Part shown: positions 48,061 through 58,068 of the stretch, one piece after another
Position numbering within the stretch: the stretch's first letter is position 1
Layout: the number at the start of each line of letters is the position of its first letter
From: an uncultured delta proteobacterium
GTDB taxonomy: Bacteria; Desulfobacterota; Desulfobacteria; Desulfobacterales; SpSt-501
Assembly (NCBI GenBank): GCA_963716325.1
Contig: CAVQTH010000023.1
Span: 65,155-129,154 of the forward strand
DNA length: 64,000 bases
Reading direction: 5' to 3'
The notes under the pieces: model-generated
The model's database searches: none
Seen by the model: only the letters and a program-made list of their open reading frames with translations
What the model was told of the DNA's origin: nothing
Position numbers and translations under genes: made by a program

Positions 48061-51000
48061 ATGCCCGTTCCGCGATCGGTATTCGAGCAGGTCAACGAGT
48101 TTGAGCAGCAGGGCTATCGGCCCTCCGAGATCCTGGACGGGCTCGAACGCAGCCCGCAGTATTCGGACCTTGGCCGGCAAGTGCGCTCCTTCAGGCTCAC
48201 TGGCCGGGGGGACGACGAGATCCTGGCCGGCCTGAAGGAGTCTTACGTCCCGGAGCCGCCGGGGCTGCTGGAGCGCGCCGGCGGAAAGGCTTCCGAGATC
48301 CTGGCCGGGACTCCAGGTGCGTCGGCCGCGGAAGCCGTGCAATCCGTCGCGAAATCGTTTCAGCCGGGCGAGGTCGGGCGCTCGCTGGTGGGGGCGGGGG
48401 AGACTACGGCATCCCTTTTGACGAGCCTCTACGGGCTTCCCTTGTCGGGGCTCGCGGGTCTGGGGGCGCTGCCCTTCGGCGGGTTCGAAGGCGCGCAGAG
48501 GGCGATCGAGGAAACCCAGAAATACACGATCTATCAGCCCCAGACCGAACGCGGCCGGCAGATCGCCGGGGTCGCCTTCTGGCCGTTTGAAAAGCTGCAT
48601 GAGCTGGGCGGGGCCGCCGGCGAGAAGACCCTGGAAGCTACCGGCAGCCCGGGCCTTGCAACCGCCGCGGCCACTGCAGTTGAAATGGCGCCTTTTGGTT
48701 TGTCTCCGGCGCTGAAAGCAGTCAGGGGACGGGGGGCGGCGCCGCTTCCCAAACAGGGAGCGTATGCCGGACCGGGCGCCGGCCCCTATTCGGAGCGCGC
48801 CTCGGTAGTTGAAATGTACTCCGCCAAGCCCAGGCCGGCCCCGGTTGTCGAGGCGGAGGTGGTGGGCGAAACAGTCAATCCGCGGATCCCGCCTCCTCCG
48901 CCCAGGCTGGAAGCCCCTCGGCCGGCGCTTCCCGAACCGCCTCCGGCGCCCCCGCCGCCGCTTGAGCAGATCAACCTGCCGGTGGTCTATTCGGGGAAAG
49001 CGACCCCCGCATCTGCAGGCCCCGCACAAACCGGATCGACTCCAGCGCCGTCCCTACTGCCGCAGCCCTACGCCAAGCCTCTTGAGCGCCGGGCTTATCC
49101 GTCGATTCCCGTCACCGTTCCGAGCAAGTCCCCCTGGGAGCTGGAGGGCCAAAACAAGTCCCCGCTCAGGCTCCGTCCCCGGGATGAGTTCTGGATGATC
49201 GAATCGACGCTGCGCGATCAACCCAGGCCTTCTGAGGCGACCGGGCCGCAGACCGTCGTTTTGACAGGCGGCCCGCCGGGCGCGGGCAAGTCCAGCGGGA
49301 CGAGAGAACTCGGGATTGACCGCCGCCGCTTCGTGGTGGCCGATGCCGACGAAATGAAAAGGAAATCCGGCTGGGATGCCGGAGAGGATGCCTCCGCCTT
49401 CCATGAGCAAAGCTCCACCGTCAACAAGAAGCTGCGCGACTTAGCCATCGATCGGGGATACAGCACGATCTACGACTCGCTCATGTCCAACTATGAGGAG
49501 GCGAAAAGTACAATCAACAAGGCAAGGGAGAAGGGTGCAAAGGTCAATTTGGTTTTTACAGACATCGATGCGGGCACCTCCCAGGCGCGCTCGATGATGC
49601 GAAACATGCTCATCGACCGGGAAAGCGGGGCGCCGCTGTCCATTCGCAAGATCCCCGTCGAAACCTCCATCAAGGGGCATAACAATTCGGCTGCCACTTT
49701 CCGGGCGCTGTTCGATGAATTCCGCGGGGATCCGCGGGTCGATATGGTGTTGATGGACAACAATGTGGATCTGGCCGCCCCCCGGCTGGTGTTCAAGCAG
49801 GAGGCCGGAAAGATCACGGTCGGCGACCAGGCGCTTTTTGACAGCTTTCTCGGCATGAAGTATCATAATGTCGGTAAAGGGGGTGAGATTCGCTATGAAA
49901 GATCCAACCCTGTTCGAGACCTTGAAGCGTTCGGAGGCCTCGAATCCCTCCAGCAGCGAGCCCTCGAAGCCGCCCGTGCCGTCGCCGCCAGAAGCGGGGG
50001 ACGACTTGTCGCGGATAGCGGAGGACTTGCTGGAGGAAAAGTTCCTCTCGGACCGCGAGCTGGCGAGAGCGGGAATCTTCAAGGACAACTGGCCGCCCGC
50101 CTACCGTCAGCGCCTGATAGACAGCCTCAAGCAGAGCTGACCGCTACGCCGGTCCCGCCTGCCCAGCCTGTAGCACCCCAGATTCAACCCCAAAAAGTTC
50201 GAAATCTCTACCCAGAGGGCATTCCGCCCGAGCGGGCGAAGCGCGCCTTGCGCCGTTCTGCAAGGATTAAGATCGATAAAACCAACACCCTGCGCGGCGC
50301 GATCAACAAGATGGGCGGCATCAACCCCGGCAACTTCAAAGGCGAGTTCAAAGAAGCTCCGGTCGCCGTCAAGTTCCTGCTGAAAAAATCAGGCGAGCAC
50401 CTGGACCTGGCCGAGGCCCGGCTGCGGGAAGAAGGCTGGCTGCGGCCGGACGAAAACCTGATCGATGTGCTGCGCGATCCCGCCAGCCTGCGCCGAAACA
50501 AGGTGGCGGCGGAAGGTGCCTCCAAGCAGGAGCGCTTCAAAACCGAGGTCGAAAAGCGATTCGAGCGCGAGATGGCCTGGGAGCCGGAAGAGCCCCCGCC
50601 CGGCGAATACGTCACCCTGGAAGCTGAGGATCTGCCGAAGGGCCGGAAGCTGACTCTGATCGACGACAGCGCAGCCGGCTGGGACGTTTATGAAGTGGTC
50701 GAGAAAGACCCCTTCGGCGTGGTCCTGCAGGACGGCAAAACGATCAACCTGTCCCCCGGCCAGCGCGTGCAGGTTCGCAAACAGGATATCGTAAAACCGG
50801 CAGCAGGGGAGGGTGTTGACGCTGCGACGGGTCTGTCTGATAATGAAGGCGTTTGGAACGAAATCCATGAACCCAAAGCAGCCTACCGACAACTCCAGCT
50901 CGACTTCTCGGCCCCCGCAAAACCCCGAGGGCCGGCCGGTACCGCGCAAGGTCATTCCCTTCCCGCGGACTTACAGGCCCGCGTCCGAACCGGAATGGCA

Positions 51001-54000
51001 ACTACCGGATCCCTCCGAGCAGGCTCCCTATACGCCAGAGGACCCGCCGAAGCCGCCAGCCTCTTAGCCCACATCCGCAAAAGCCCGCAGGAAAATCTTT
51101 ACCTGGTCGCGGTCGATGAGGCCGGGAAAATCCTCGAGATCCACCGGTACTCCAAGGGAACCAAGAGCGCTGCCTACGCGCATCCGGTCGAAATGATCGG
51201 GTCGGTGATGAACGTCCCCGGCACCAAGCGGGTCTTCGTCGCCCACAACCACCCCGGCGGCAGCGCGCTCGCCTCCCGCGAAGACATTGCGCTTCTTGAG
51301 CATATCGAAGCTGGCCTAAAACTGGCGGATATCGAGACCATCCCGATCATCATCGCCGGGACCAAGTGGAAAACCTTCTCACCGGTAGGCGATGAAGTGG
51401 GCATCCCGCCGGCCGTGCGAAAGGTTGATCTCCCGATTAAAGAGCGGGTTTTTGCCATGCAGCGCCCCGGCGAGCGGGCGAGTTTCCCCCAGGAAGCCGT
51501 GAGGATCAAGAACGAGCTCTACGGCCGCGATTCCGAAGGCTTCATGCTGCTCGACAACAAACTGCGTGTGTCGGGCTTCCTGGAGCACAAGCCGGGCCGG
51601 CCGATGGCGGAGGTGGCGGCCGACCTGATCCGATCCGCCGAGAAAACAAACGCGGCCGGCTACCTGTTTTTCAGCAACGAGCCGATCAAGGGCGGCGGGA
51701 GCCGGGAGCGGTTTCTTACCCAGATGAAGACCGCAACTGCCGAGAACCTCCAGCTGTTCGACGTGTTCGTAAAAGGCGAATCCGCCCCTTTGAACGCCGC
51801 GGTCAAGGAATCCTCGGCGGCCGGATACAAAAACCTGAAAAGCGGCGGAACGCTTTACTCGGGCATCCCCATCCCGGCGATCATCGACTTTCTCACCAGC
51901 ACGAAGGTCAAAGGGTTTTTCGACCCTTTCCACAACTTGCCGCAGAAGGAAGCCTACCTGGAGTCGCGCTACAAGAGCTTCGGCGGGATCGCCCGGGTAG
52001 AAAAGATCGTCGAGCGGGTGTTCGAGCGCACCAAGGGCCTGGATGAGCAGACTCGGGCTGATCTTTTCCGCTACTTGGACGGCCAGGCGGTGCAGCTGCC
52101 GCCGGAGGTTCAGCGGCTGGTCGATACCCTGAAAATAGTCAACAACACGGTCGGCAAGATGCTGGTCAATCGCGGGCTGCTCTCGCCGGAGGCCTTCGAG
52201 GCGCACAAGAACCAGTACGTCCGCTACCTGTACCTCAAGCACGTTCTGGGCGACAAGTTCAACATCACCGGCCGGGGCGGCCGGATGGATCTCACCTACC
52301 TCAAGCACCGCAAGGATCTGACCGACGAGCAGCGGAAGGCGATCGGCTTGGTCGAGGACGTTTCGGTCGCCGAGCCCTACGGTCTTTCCAAAAGTCTTTC
52401 CGACATCGTGAAGCACGACTTTTACGAGCAGATTGCCGGAAATTCAGAGTGGGTCTGGGAGCCTTCCGTGATTGAGGCAGGCGAGATCCGACGCTTCCCG
52501 GACATAGCCTCGGCCTACCGGATGGTAGCAAGGCATGCCCGGGCGGGAGATCCCGTGCAGGTGCGGCGTTTGCCGAACGGCCAGTTCTTCCTTGAGCGCA
52601 CAGCCGGCGGGGAGCCCGTGCGCCACAAGATCGGCCTGGCCAGGGCGCGGGCAGAGCTTGAAGCCCAGCGCCGGGTCGCGCGCGAATCCCAGGCGCCGGA
52701 GGTCCTGGACCGGCTGCAGCGCCTGGAGAAGGCGGTTTCCGACGCCGAGGCCCAGGCCGGCAAGCTGACCGCGGATTTCGTGGAAATGCCCGACTCCCCG
52801 AATTACGGGCCGCTCGCCGGCGCTTATGTCCGCAAAGAGATCGCCCGGGATGTGGTGCCGTTCATTGGCCGGATCCCTGACAAGGTACATGCCTCGGCCT
52901 CGCTTAACACTGTGATTTCGGCCTTCGAGGCCGGAATGACGGCCTTTAAGGTCTCCAAGACCGCGCTCAACCTACCGACCGCCGCGAGAAACATCTATTC
53001 CAACTTCGTGCAGCTCAACATGAGCGGGATCCCCTGGTACGAGATCCCCGGCTACATGGCCAAGGCCGCGAACGAAATGAGGACCAAGGGCCGGCTCTAC
53101 GGGGAAGCCTTCCGGAACGGGCTCACGAAAACCAACTGGACCGAGGCCGAGATCGGCGAGGTGCTTTCCGCCTTCAAGCAGATGCAGGGCGGGGGGCTTG
53201 AGACGGTCGTGTCGAAGCTCCGGGACGTGGCCAAATACTACGGCAAGATCGACGACTTTTTTAAACTCGCCAAGTTCATCGAGCAGCGCGAGTCGGGCGC
53301 GTCGGTCGGAAAAGCGATCCGCGAGGCCCAGAAGTGGGGGATGGATTACTCCATCGCCGACCCCTCGGTCCGCATGGCCCGGCGGTTTGCAGCCCCTTTT
53401 TTGTCCTACCCGTACAAGGTGACCCCGCTCATCGCCGAGGCGATCCAGAAACGCCCCTGGGTGATCGCAAAATACCTGGCGCTGCCCTACGCCATGTTTG
53501 AGGCCGCGAAATATGCCCTGGATCTGACCGAGGAGGATTTCAAGCGGCTGAAAAAGCTGCTGCCCGAGTACGTCCGCAAGAATCCAACTTATGCGGTCCT
53601 GCCCTGGAAGAGCCCGGAGGGCAACCTGCAATGGGTCAACCTGGGGTACTATTTCCCCTGGTCAACGCATGTTGAACTCGCCCGGGGGGTCGCCTCCGGC
53701 AAGCCGGAAAGCATGGTGCAGCTGATCGGCAACCCCTATCTGGATATGCTCTGGAGCCTCAAGAGCGGCAAGGGGGACGATCCGCCGCGGGACTCCTTCA
53801 CCGGCCGGGAAATCTACAACCGGCTGGACAGCCCGGCCGAGAAGGCTCTCAAGCTCTCAGAATGGCTCTACAACAAGTGGGCGCCGACCATGCTGACCCG
53901 CGAGGGCGCTGCCGGCTACACGGCCCGGGCGGTCACCGGCGAGAAGGACCGCTATGGGCGCAAGGTCACCCCGGAGCAGGCGGTCGGCCGCTGGATGGGG

Positions 54001-54171
54001 GTTAATATCGTATCGCCAACCCCTATGCAGGCGGCGGTCGAGAAGCGGGCGAAGATTTCGGATCTCAAGGCGGCGCTTTACCGGGCGCTGCGGGATCCTA
54101 ATCTGAAGCCGGCGGAAAAGGCCGAGCTGATGAATCGCTTTGGCGCGGAACTCAAGGAAGTGGGGGAATGA
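48061..54171 (+). CDS. 2036-aa phage polyvalent (virion/ejection-type) protein with Zeta-toxin-like P-loop kinase and RadC/JAB domains
   Basis: P-loop VVLTGGPPGAGKSSG plus VVADADEMKR...FHEQSS...VNLVFTDID (about 49250-49800). JAB/MPN+ motif VAHNHPGGSALASREDIALLEHI (about 51060-51380). Pro-rich linkers. Large C-terminal helical region. Confidence 0.8.
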   Translation: MPVPRSVFEQVNEFEQQGYRPSEILDGLERSPQYSDLGRQVRSFRLTGRGDDEILAGLKESYVPEPPGLLERAGGKASEILAGTPGASAAEAVQSVAKSFQPGEVGRSLVGAGETTASLLTSLYGLPLSGLAGLGALPFGGFEGAQRAIEETQKYTIYQPQTERGRQIAGVAFWPFEKLHELGGAAGEKTLEATGSPGLATAAATAVEMAPFGLSPALKAVRGRGAAPLPKQGAYAGPGAGPYSERASVVEMYSAKPRPAPVVEAEVVGETVNPRIPPPPPRLEAPRPALPEPPPAPPPPLEQINLPVVYSGKATPASAGPAQTGSTPAPSLLPQPYAKPLERRAYPSIPVTVPSKSPWELEGQNKSPLRLRPRDEFWMIESTLRDQPRPSEATGPQTVVLTGGPPGAGKSSGTRELGIDRRRFVVADADEMKRKSGWDAGEDASAFHEQSSTVNKKLRDLAIDRGYSTIYDSLMSNYEEAKSTINKAREKGAKVNLVFTDIDAGTSQARSMMRNMLIDRESGAPLSIRKIPVETSIKGHNNSAATFRALFDEFRGDPRVDMVLMDNNVDLAAPRLVFKQEAGKITVGDQALFDSFLGMKYHNVGKGGEIRYERSNPVRDLEAFGGLESLQQRALEAARAVAARSGGRLVADSGGLAGGKVPLGPRAGESGNLQGQLAARLPSAPDRQPQAELTATPVPPAQPVAPQIQPQKVRNLYPEGIPPERAKRALRRSARIKIDKTNTLRGAINKMGGINPGNFKGEFKEAPVAVKFLLKKSGEHLDLAEARLREEGWLRPDENLIDVLRDPASLRRNKVAAEGASKQERFKTEVEKRFEREMAWEPEEPPPGEYVTLEAEDLPKGRKLTLIDDSAAGWDVYEVVEKDPFGVVLQDGKTINLSPGQRVQVRKQDIVKPAAGEGVDAATGLSDNEGVWNEIHEPKAAYRQLQLDFSAPAKPRGPAGTAQGHSLPADLQARVRTGMATTGSLRAGSLYARGPAEAASLLAHIRKSPQENLYLVAVDEAGKILEIHRYSKGTKSAAYAHPVEMIGSVMNVPGTKRVFVAHNHPGGSALASREDIALLEHIEAGLKLADIETIPIIIAGTKWKTFSPVGDEVGIPPAVRKVDLPIKERVFAMQRPGERASFPQEAVRIKNELYGRDSEGFMLLDNKLRVSGFLEHKPGRPMAEVAADLIRSAEKTNAAGYLFFSNEPIKGGGSRERFLTQMKTATAENLQLFDVFVKGESAPLNAAVKESSAAGYKNLKSGGTLYSGIPIPAIIDFLTSTKVKGFFDPFHNLPQKEAYLESRYKSFGGIARVEKIVERVFERTKGLDEQTRADLFRYLDGQAVQLPPEVQRLVDTLKIVNNTVGKMLVNRGLLSPEAFEAHKNQYVRYLYLKHVLGDKFNITGRGGRMDLTYLKHRKDLTDEQRKAIGLVEDVSVAEPYGLSKSLSDIVKHDFYEQIAGNSEWVWEPSVIEAGEIRRFPDIASAYRMVARHARAGDPVQVRRLPNGQFFLERTAGGEPVRHKIGLARARAELEAQRRVARESQAPEVLDRLQRLEKAVSDAEAQAGKLTADFVEMPDSPNYGPLAGAYVRKEIARDVVPFIGRIPDKVHASASLNTVISAFEAGMTAFKVSKTALNLPTAARNIYSNFVQLNMSGIPWYEIPGYMAKAANEMRTKGRLYGEAFRNGLTKTNWTEAEIGEVLSAFKQMQGGGLETVVSKLRDVAKYYGKIDDFFKLAKFIEQRESGASVGKAIREAQKWGMDYSIADPSVRMARRFAAPFLSYPYKVTPLIAEAIQKRPWVIAKYLALPYAMFEAAKYALDLTEEDFKRLKKLLPEYVRKNPTYAVLPWKSPEGNLQWVNLGYYFPWSTHVELARGVASGKPESMVQLIGNPYLDMLWSLKSGKGDDPPRDSFTGREIYNRLDSPAEKALKLSEWLYNKWAPTMLTREGAAGYTARAVTGEKDRYGRKVTPEQAVGRWMGVNIVSPTPMQAAVEKRAKISDLKAALYRALRDPNLKPAEKAELMNRFGAELKEVGE

Positions 54172-54174
54172 CGC

Positions 54175-55020
54175 ATGAGCACGCTTGCGAGACTCTACAA
54201 TTTCGGAAACGACTACCTCAGCAACATGCCGATCGACGATCAGAAGATGGACGCCGAGCTGAACCAGCTCGTCTCCGGCCACAACGACCAGGAGGGGCGG
54301 ATAGGGACGTTGGAAGGCGCGGCCATGAAGAAGGACGGCTCGGTCGACATGACCGGTCCGCTCAAGTGGTCCGAGAGCGGGGACGAGTACATCCGGGTCC
54401 CCCGGCTCACCACCACCCAGCGTGACGCGCTGGCCTCGCCGGTCGCGGGCTATCTGATCTACAATTCTACGGACGGACGCTTCCAGATTTACACCGGCTC
54501 GGCCTGGGCGGACGTGCTTTCCTCCGTGCTGGCGGCTCTCAAGACGTCCACGCCGGCTCTGCGGCTGATCGGCACCGAGACGAATGCCAAAGACTTCCGT
54601 GTGGTCGAATCCGCTGGCAGTTTGATCGTACAGCTCAACACCGGGACCGAGGCCTCGCCGACCTGGACCGACAAGTTTAAGATCCGCTCGGACGCGACAC
54701 TTTCCACCGTTCAAACCCTGACCGGCCTGACCCGCAAGCTGACCAAGATCACGGCCGCAACCTATACCGTGGTTGACGACGACGACATCATCCTGATCGA
54801 CGCAACGTCGAACAATGTGACTGTCACCATGCAGGGGGTCGCCAACCGCAACGGCCGGGCGCTGACTTTCAAACGGATCGACGGAAGCGCGAACACCGTG
54901 ACCATCCAGCGCGCCGGGACAGACCAGATCGACGGGGGGACGTCGGTTTCTCTCACCTCCTATGCGAACAAGTACCTGGTCGCCGACGAGGCCGCTACCA
55001 TGTGGCGGACCTTCTCTTGA
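54175..55020 (+). CDS. tail fibre-like protein
   Basis: The N-terminus (L.N.P..D.KMDAELNQLV.GHN) and YNSTDGRFQIYTGSAW resemble phage fibre/collar proteins. Late-operon position. Confidence 0.5.
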   Translation: MSTLARLYNFGNDYLSNMPIDDQKMDAELNQLVSGHNDQEGRIGTLEGAAMKKDGSVDMTGPLKWSESGDEYIRVPRLTTTQRDALASPVAGYLIYNSTDGRFQIYTGSAWADVLSSVLAALKTSTPALRLIGTETNAKDFRVVESAGSLIVQLNTGTEASPTWTDKFKIRSDATLSTVQTLTGLTRKLTKITAATYTVVDDDDIILIDATSNNVTVTMQGVANRNGRALTFKRIDGSANTVTIQRAGTDQIDGGTSVSLTSYANKYLVADEAATMWRTFS

Positions 55021-55023
55021 TGA

Positions 55024-56679
55024 ATGAAAAACACCCCTTTTCACCTGCTCCAATGGCAGTACGACCTCCTGGGCGGCCAGGAGATCGAGACCCTCCGCCG
55101 CGGCAACCTGGACGGGGCAGTCTTGACCGCGCAGGACGGCCAGGTCGTCATCCCGGAGGCCTCCGGCGGCGGCCGGGTGCACCACTTCCGCGGGGCCTGG
55201 CTCACGACCGTTGAATTCTCCTGGGAGGGCTATTGGGCCGCTCCGAAAGGAACCCCGGTTAACTATTTCGAGGGCGGCAGCGCGGTCAATTCCGGCAACC
55301 AGACGATCGTCATCCTGGGGACCGACCCCGGGAACGGGACCGCTCTCCAGGTCTATTATTACTTCGGCAGCGGTCAGACCTTCGCCCCGAAAACCCCGAT
55401 CGAAGCCTATCCCGCCTTTCAGCCCTGCCGGCAGGGGGCCAAGCAGAAATTTTCTTCCGCTCCGGACGCCGACCAGTGGATCGCGCTCGTCATGCTGGAG
55501 GCCCGCGCTCGCTGGGACGACTTCAAGCGCTGCTACGGCTGGAGTATCATCGAGAGCCTGAAAAAGTTTGCGGAGTCGGGCGACCAGGCCATCATTGACG
55601 ACTTCAACCGCGACCCCTCCCGGGTGCGTGACGAGGGGCACTGGACCTATTTCGGCACGGACGCCGCCAGTACACTCACACCGTCGATCACCGACAAGGG
55701 AACGCTCCGGATCGACTCGAACATCGCCGAGGGCGGGTTTGGCTATTTCGGCTGGGGGCGGCCGATCTATGTACCGCCGGCGGCCGGAAAAATCCTGATG
55801 CTCTTCAAGGGGCAGGGCACAGGCCGCGCCTGGCAGCTTGCCCTCAACAGCGATCCGGCCGGAGCCTACGAACTGGACAAGATATTCTATTACGGGGTCG
55901 TGGACAATTCGGTCGACTGGCGGCAGCTGGAGGCGTCTTTCGAGCAGTTCACCAAGATCAAGAACCTGATCTGGGACGGGGACCGGATCGACTGGAACAT
56001 CTGGGGGGTGACGCCGGAGCAGCGCTATTACATGGGGGAGCTGGTCGGGGCGACGGCGGGCGAGCTCAGCCGGCACCAGGCGGAATGGATCGAGGGCGGC
56101 TTCAACCACGGCCAATGTTTGCGGGTGGACATGCAGCACATCAACACCCGCTTTGCGAACACGACGAGCCTGCGCGTCTCGACGACTCCTCCGATCGACA
56201 CCCGTACCGTGGAGGGGATCTCCTTCGGCGTTCGCTGGATCTTCGACGCATTCGCCGTTCACCAGCTCTGGGTTGAGATCGTGGACGGGCAGTTTTCGCC
56301 GGAGGAATTGGGCGGAGCTTCGGCCTGGTGGTACATTGACGGCTCCGAGCTCGCCTACTGGAAGCGGATCAATTTGAAATGGACCGATCTCAAGTGGGGT
56401 TGGGAAAACGTCCCGAATCTGAACCCGATCAACCAGATCCGGTTTAACTTTGTTCTCAAGACCAATTTCGGAGGCATGAGCTCGGTCCGGCAAGAAACCA
56501 GCACGGCTCTTATGGATGATTTTAAATGGATCCCGTCCGGGCAGAGTGCGATGGTCAGGGAAACCTATGCCGACTTTCTGGCTGGCGGAGGGAGCCGGTA
56601 TCTGAGCAACGCGCAGATCAACATCGCTCCTGGTGAGTCGCTAAGGAGGCGGAGCATAGGGAGCATTATAGTTTGGTAA
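55024..56679 (+). CDS. phage tail/host-recognition protein (hypothetical)
   Basis: 551 aa, Trp/Gly-rich and beta-type in composition. Last gene of the late operon. Confidence 0.4.
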   Translation: MKNTPFHLLQWQYDLLGGQEIETLRRGNLDGAVLTAQDGQVVIPEASGGGRVHHFRGAWLTTVEFSWEGYWAAPKGTPVNYFEGGSAVNSGNQTIVILGTDPGNGTALQVYYYFGSGQTFAPKTPIEAYPAFQPCRQGAKQKFSSAPDADQWIALVMLEARARWDDFKRCYGWSIIESLKKFAESGDQAIIDDFNRDPSRVRDEGHWTYFGTDAASTLTPSITDKGTLRIDSNIAEGGFGYFGWGRPIYVPPAAGKILMLFKGQGTGRAWQLALNSDPAGAYELDKIFYYGVVDNSVDWRQLEASFEQFTKIKNLIWDGDRIDWNIWGVTPEQRYYMGELVGATAGELSRHQAEWIEGGFNHGQCLRVDMQHINTRFANTTSLRVSTTPPIDTRTVEGISFGVRWIFDAFAVHQLWVEIVDGQFSPEELGGASAWWYIDGSELAYWKRINLKWTDLKWGWENVPNLNPINQIRFNFVLKTNFGGMSSVRQETSTALMDDFKWIPSGQSAMVRETYADFLAGGGSRYLSNAQINIAPGESLRRRSIGSIIVW

Positions 56680-56735
56680 TCGGGGATTGACATAAAGTGC
56701 TTCCCTCTGAAACTGTATCAGTTAAAATAATTTTT

Positions 56736-57230
56736 TTAAGGCAGTATCCCTAAAATCTTCCACTTATCCTTCCACTGCTCCAACCTTCGGTTATTTATCG
56801 AATGGTGAGTCGACTCCTGCGACACTGGCCTCTTTCCGAGATTTTTTTCCAAATATGCAGCATGGCATTCATAAATATTGTTTTTTACCCACCACTCAGG
56901 AACTATATAGAAATCTGGTGGGTTCTTCCCTCTGGATAAATCGACAAATATCCAAAAAGATGTTTCATCCCTCTTTATTGAGCATTTTTTTCCATGGTTT
57001 ATTGTGCTTTGCCAGTCGCCTGCCGTTTTGGTTTTCACCTGAATATGGACGGTGCGATTTTGGTTTATATCACAAGCAAGAATGTCAATTCTTGGCATAT
57101 TGCCGGAAAAGGTAACTGCATAAGCGCCCCTGCGATTCAGTTCGGCAGCGACGTAATATTCTCCGGCCCTTGCTGTCTGCTGGTTTCTTCCCCCTTTGGC
57201 CATAATTACTTCTTTAAATGGTTGTGTCAT
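56736..57230 (-). CDS. DUF4365-like PD-(D/E)XK nuclease-fold protein (prophage cargo)
   Basis: GEYYVAAEL...PRIDILACD...VHIQVKTK gives an E / D / (Q)xK arrangement. Low-GC gene. Start lies 3 nt after the GNAT stop. Alternative ATG at 57203. Confidence 0.55.
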   Translation of the reverse strand: MTQPFKEVIMAKGGRNQQTARAGEYYVAAELNRRGAYAVTFSGNMPRIDILACDINQNRTVHIQVKTKTAGDWQSTINHGKKCSIKRDETSFWIFVDLSRGKNPPDFYIVPEWWVKNNIYECHAAYLEKNLGKRPVSQESTHHSINNRRLEQWKDKWKILGILP

Positions 57231-57233
57231 TGA

Positions 57234-57812
57234 TTATCTCAGGATTGAATCAAATCTCATAATCGGCCTTGTTGGCGAACGACGAGCCACTTCCGAAAAC
57301 CCCGCCGACTCAAATGCTTTCGGAATTCCAGTCCAGGCGAAAGCCGGCGCAATCATCTTGTCGCCCTTAGGCTCAACCGGGTAGGCCTCAATAATGCGGC
57401 CGCCTTGGTCACGTACATGATCGACGGCAGCGCGAAGCAACTGGGTGGAAACGCCTTTTTTCCGATACGCTCGGTGAACGAAGAGGCAGGAAACCGACCA
57501 ACAGGGTTGATCATCGACAGGTTTTAGGATCCGTGAGCGGTTCAAGGCAGGGTAATGATCGCGGGGGGCCACCGCACACCAGCCGACCGGTTGACCCTCA
57601 AAATAACCAAGCAGGCCCGGAACGGCCCCCGATTCAACGATAGCCTTCATCGCTTTCCGGTTAGCCTCGCCCTTCTGGCACTCGAACTGCTTGCGCGGCA
57701 ACCGCCAGAGCATGCACCAGCAACCGCCGCAGGCGCCGTTCTTGCCGAAAAGCAGCTCAAAATCCAGCCAGCGGGCTTTCTTCAGCGGATGGCATTCGAG
57801 ATGAATGTCCAA
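57234..57812 (-). CDS. GNAT-family N-acetyltransferase (prophage cargo)
   Basis: Acetyl-CoA site VHRAYRKKGVSTQLL. Cys-rich GACGGCWCMLWR N-terminal motif. TTG start. Confidence 0.75.
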   Translation of the reverse strand: MDIHLECHPLKKARWLDFELLFGKNGACGGCWCMLWRLPRKQFECQKGEANRKAMKAIVESGAVPGLLGYFEGQPVGWCAVAPRDHYPALNRSRILKPVDDQPCWSVSCLFVHRAYRKKGVSTQLLRAAVDHVRDQGGRIIEAYPVEPKGDKMIAPAFAWTGIPKAFESAGFSEVARRSPTRPIMRFDSILR

Positions 57813-58068
57813 TATGCCTTGGATCCTGTCGTTAGAATCTCAATGGGCAACCGATAACTTTTTGATGCTGTCATAGAAATGTTGAACTTTCAAGGAAATC
57901 AACGATCGGCTAAATGCAGGGGTGGGGCTGTTGGTGGGAGCGGATATAATTCTTAACGCCACTATGCGCTGGGTGATAGGTTTTTTTAAGAAGAATTTTT
58001 GCGAATCAAAGCGCGGAAAACACCTACTTGATTAGCTGTCAGTACCAATCGATCAGCGCTAACCATGG

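Noticed and set aside
48880-48965. Proline-codon repeats (ccgcc/ccgcctcc) in the giant gene
   Set aside because: They encode a PPPPPRLEAPRPALPEPPPAPPPP linker within the ORF, not a regulatory or CRISPR-like repeat.
53857-56493. 878-aa minus-strand ORF across the end of the giant gene, the fibre gene and the last tail gene
   Set aside because: It spans three plus-strand genes that have RBSs and tight spacing. The translation is Arg/Pro/Gly/Asp-rich without motifs. Treated as a shadow ORF.
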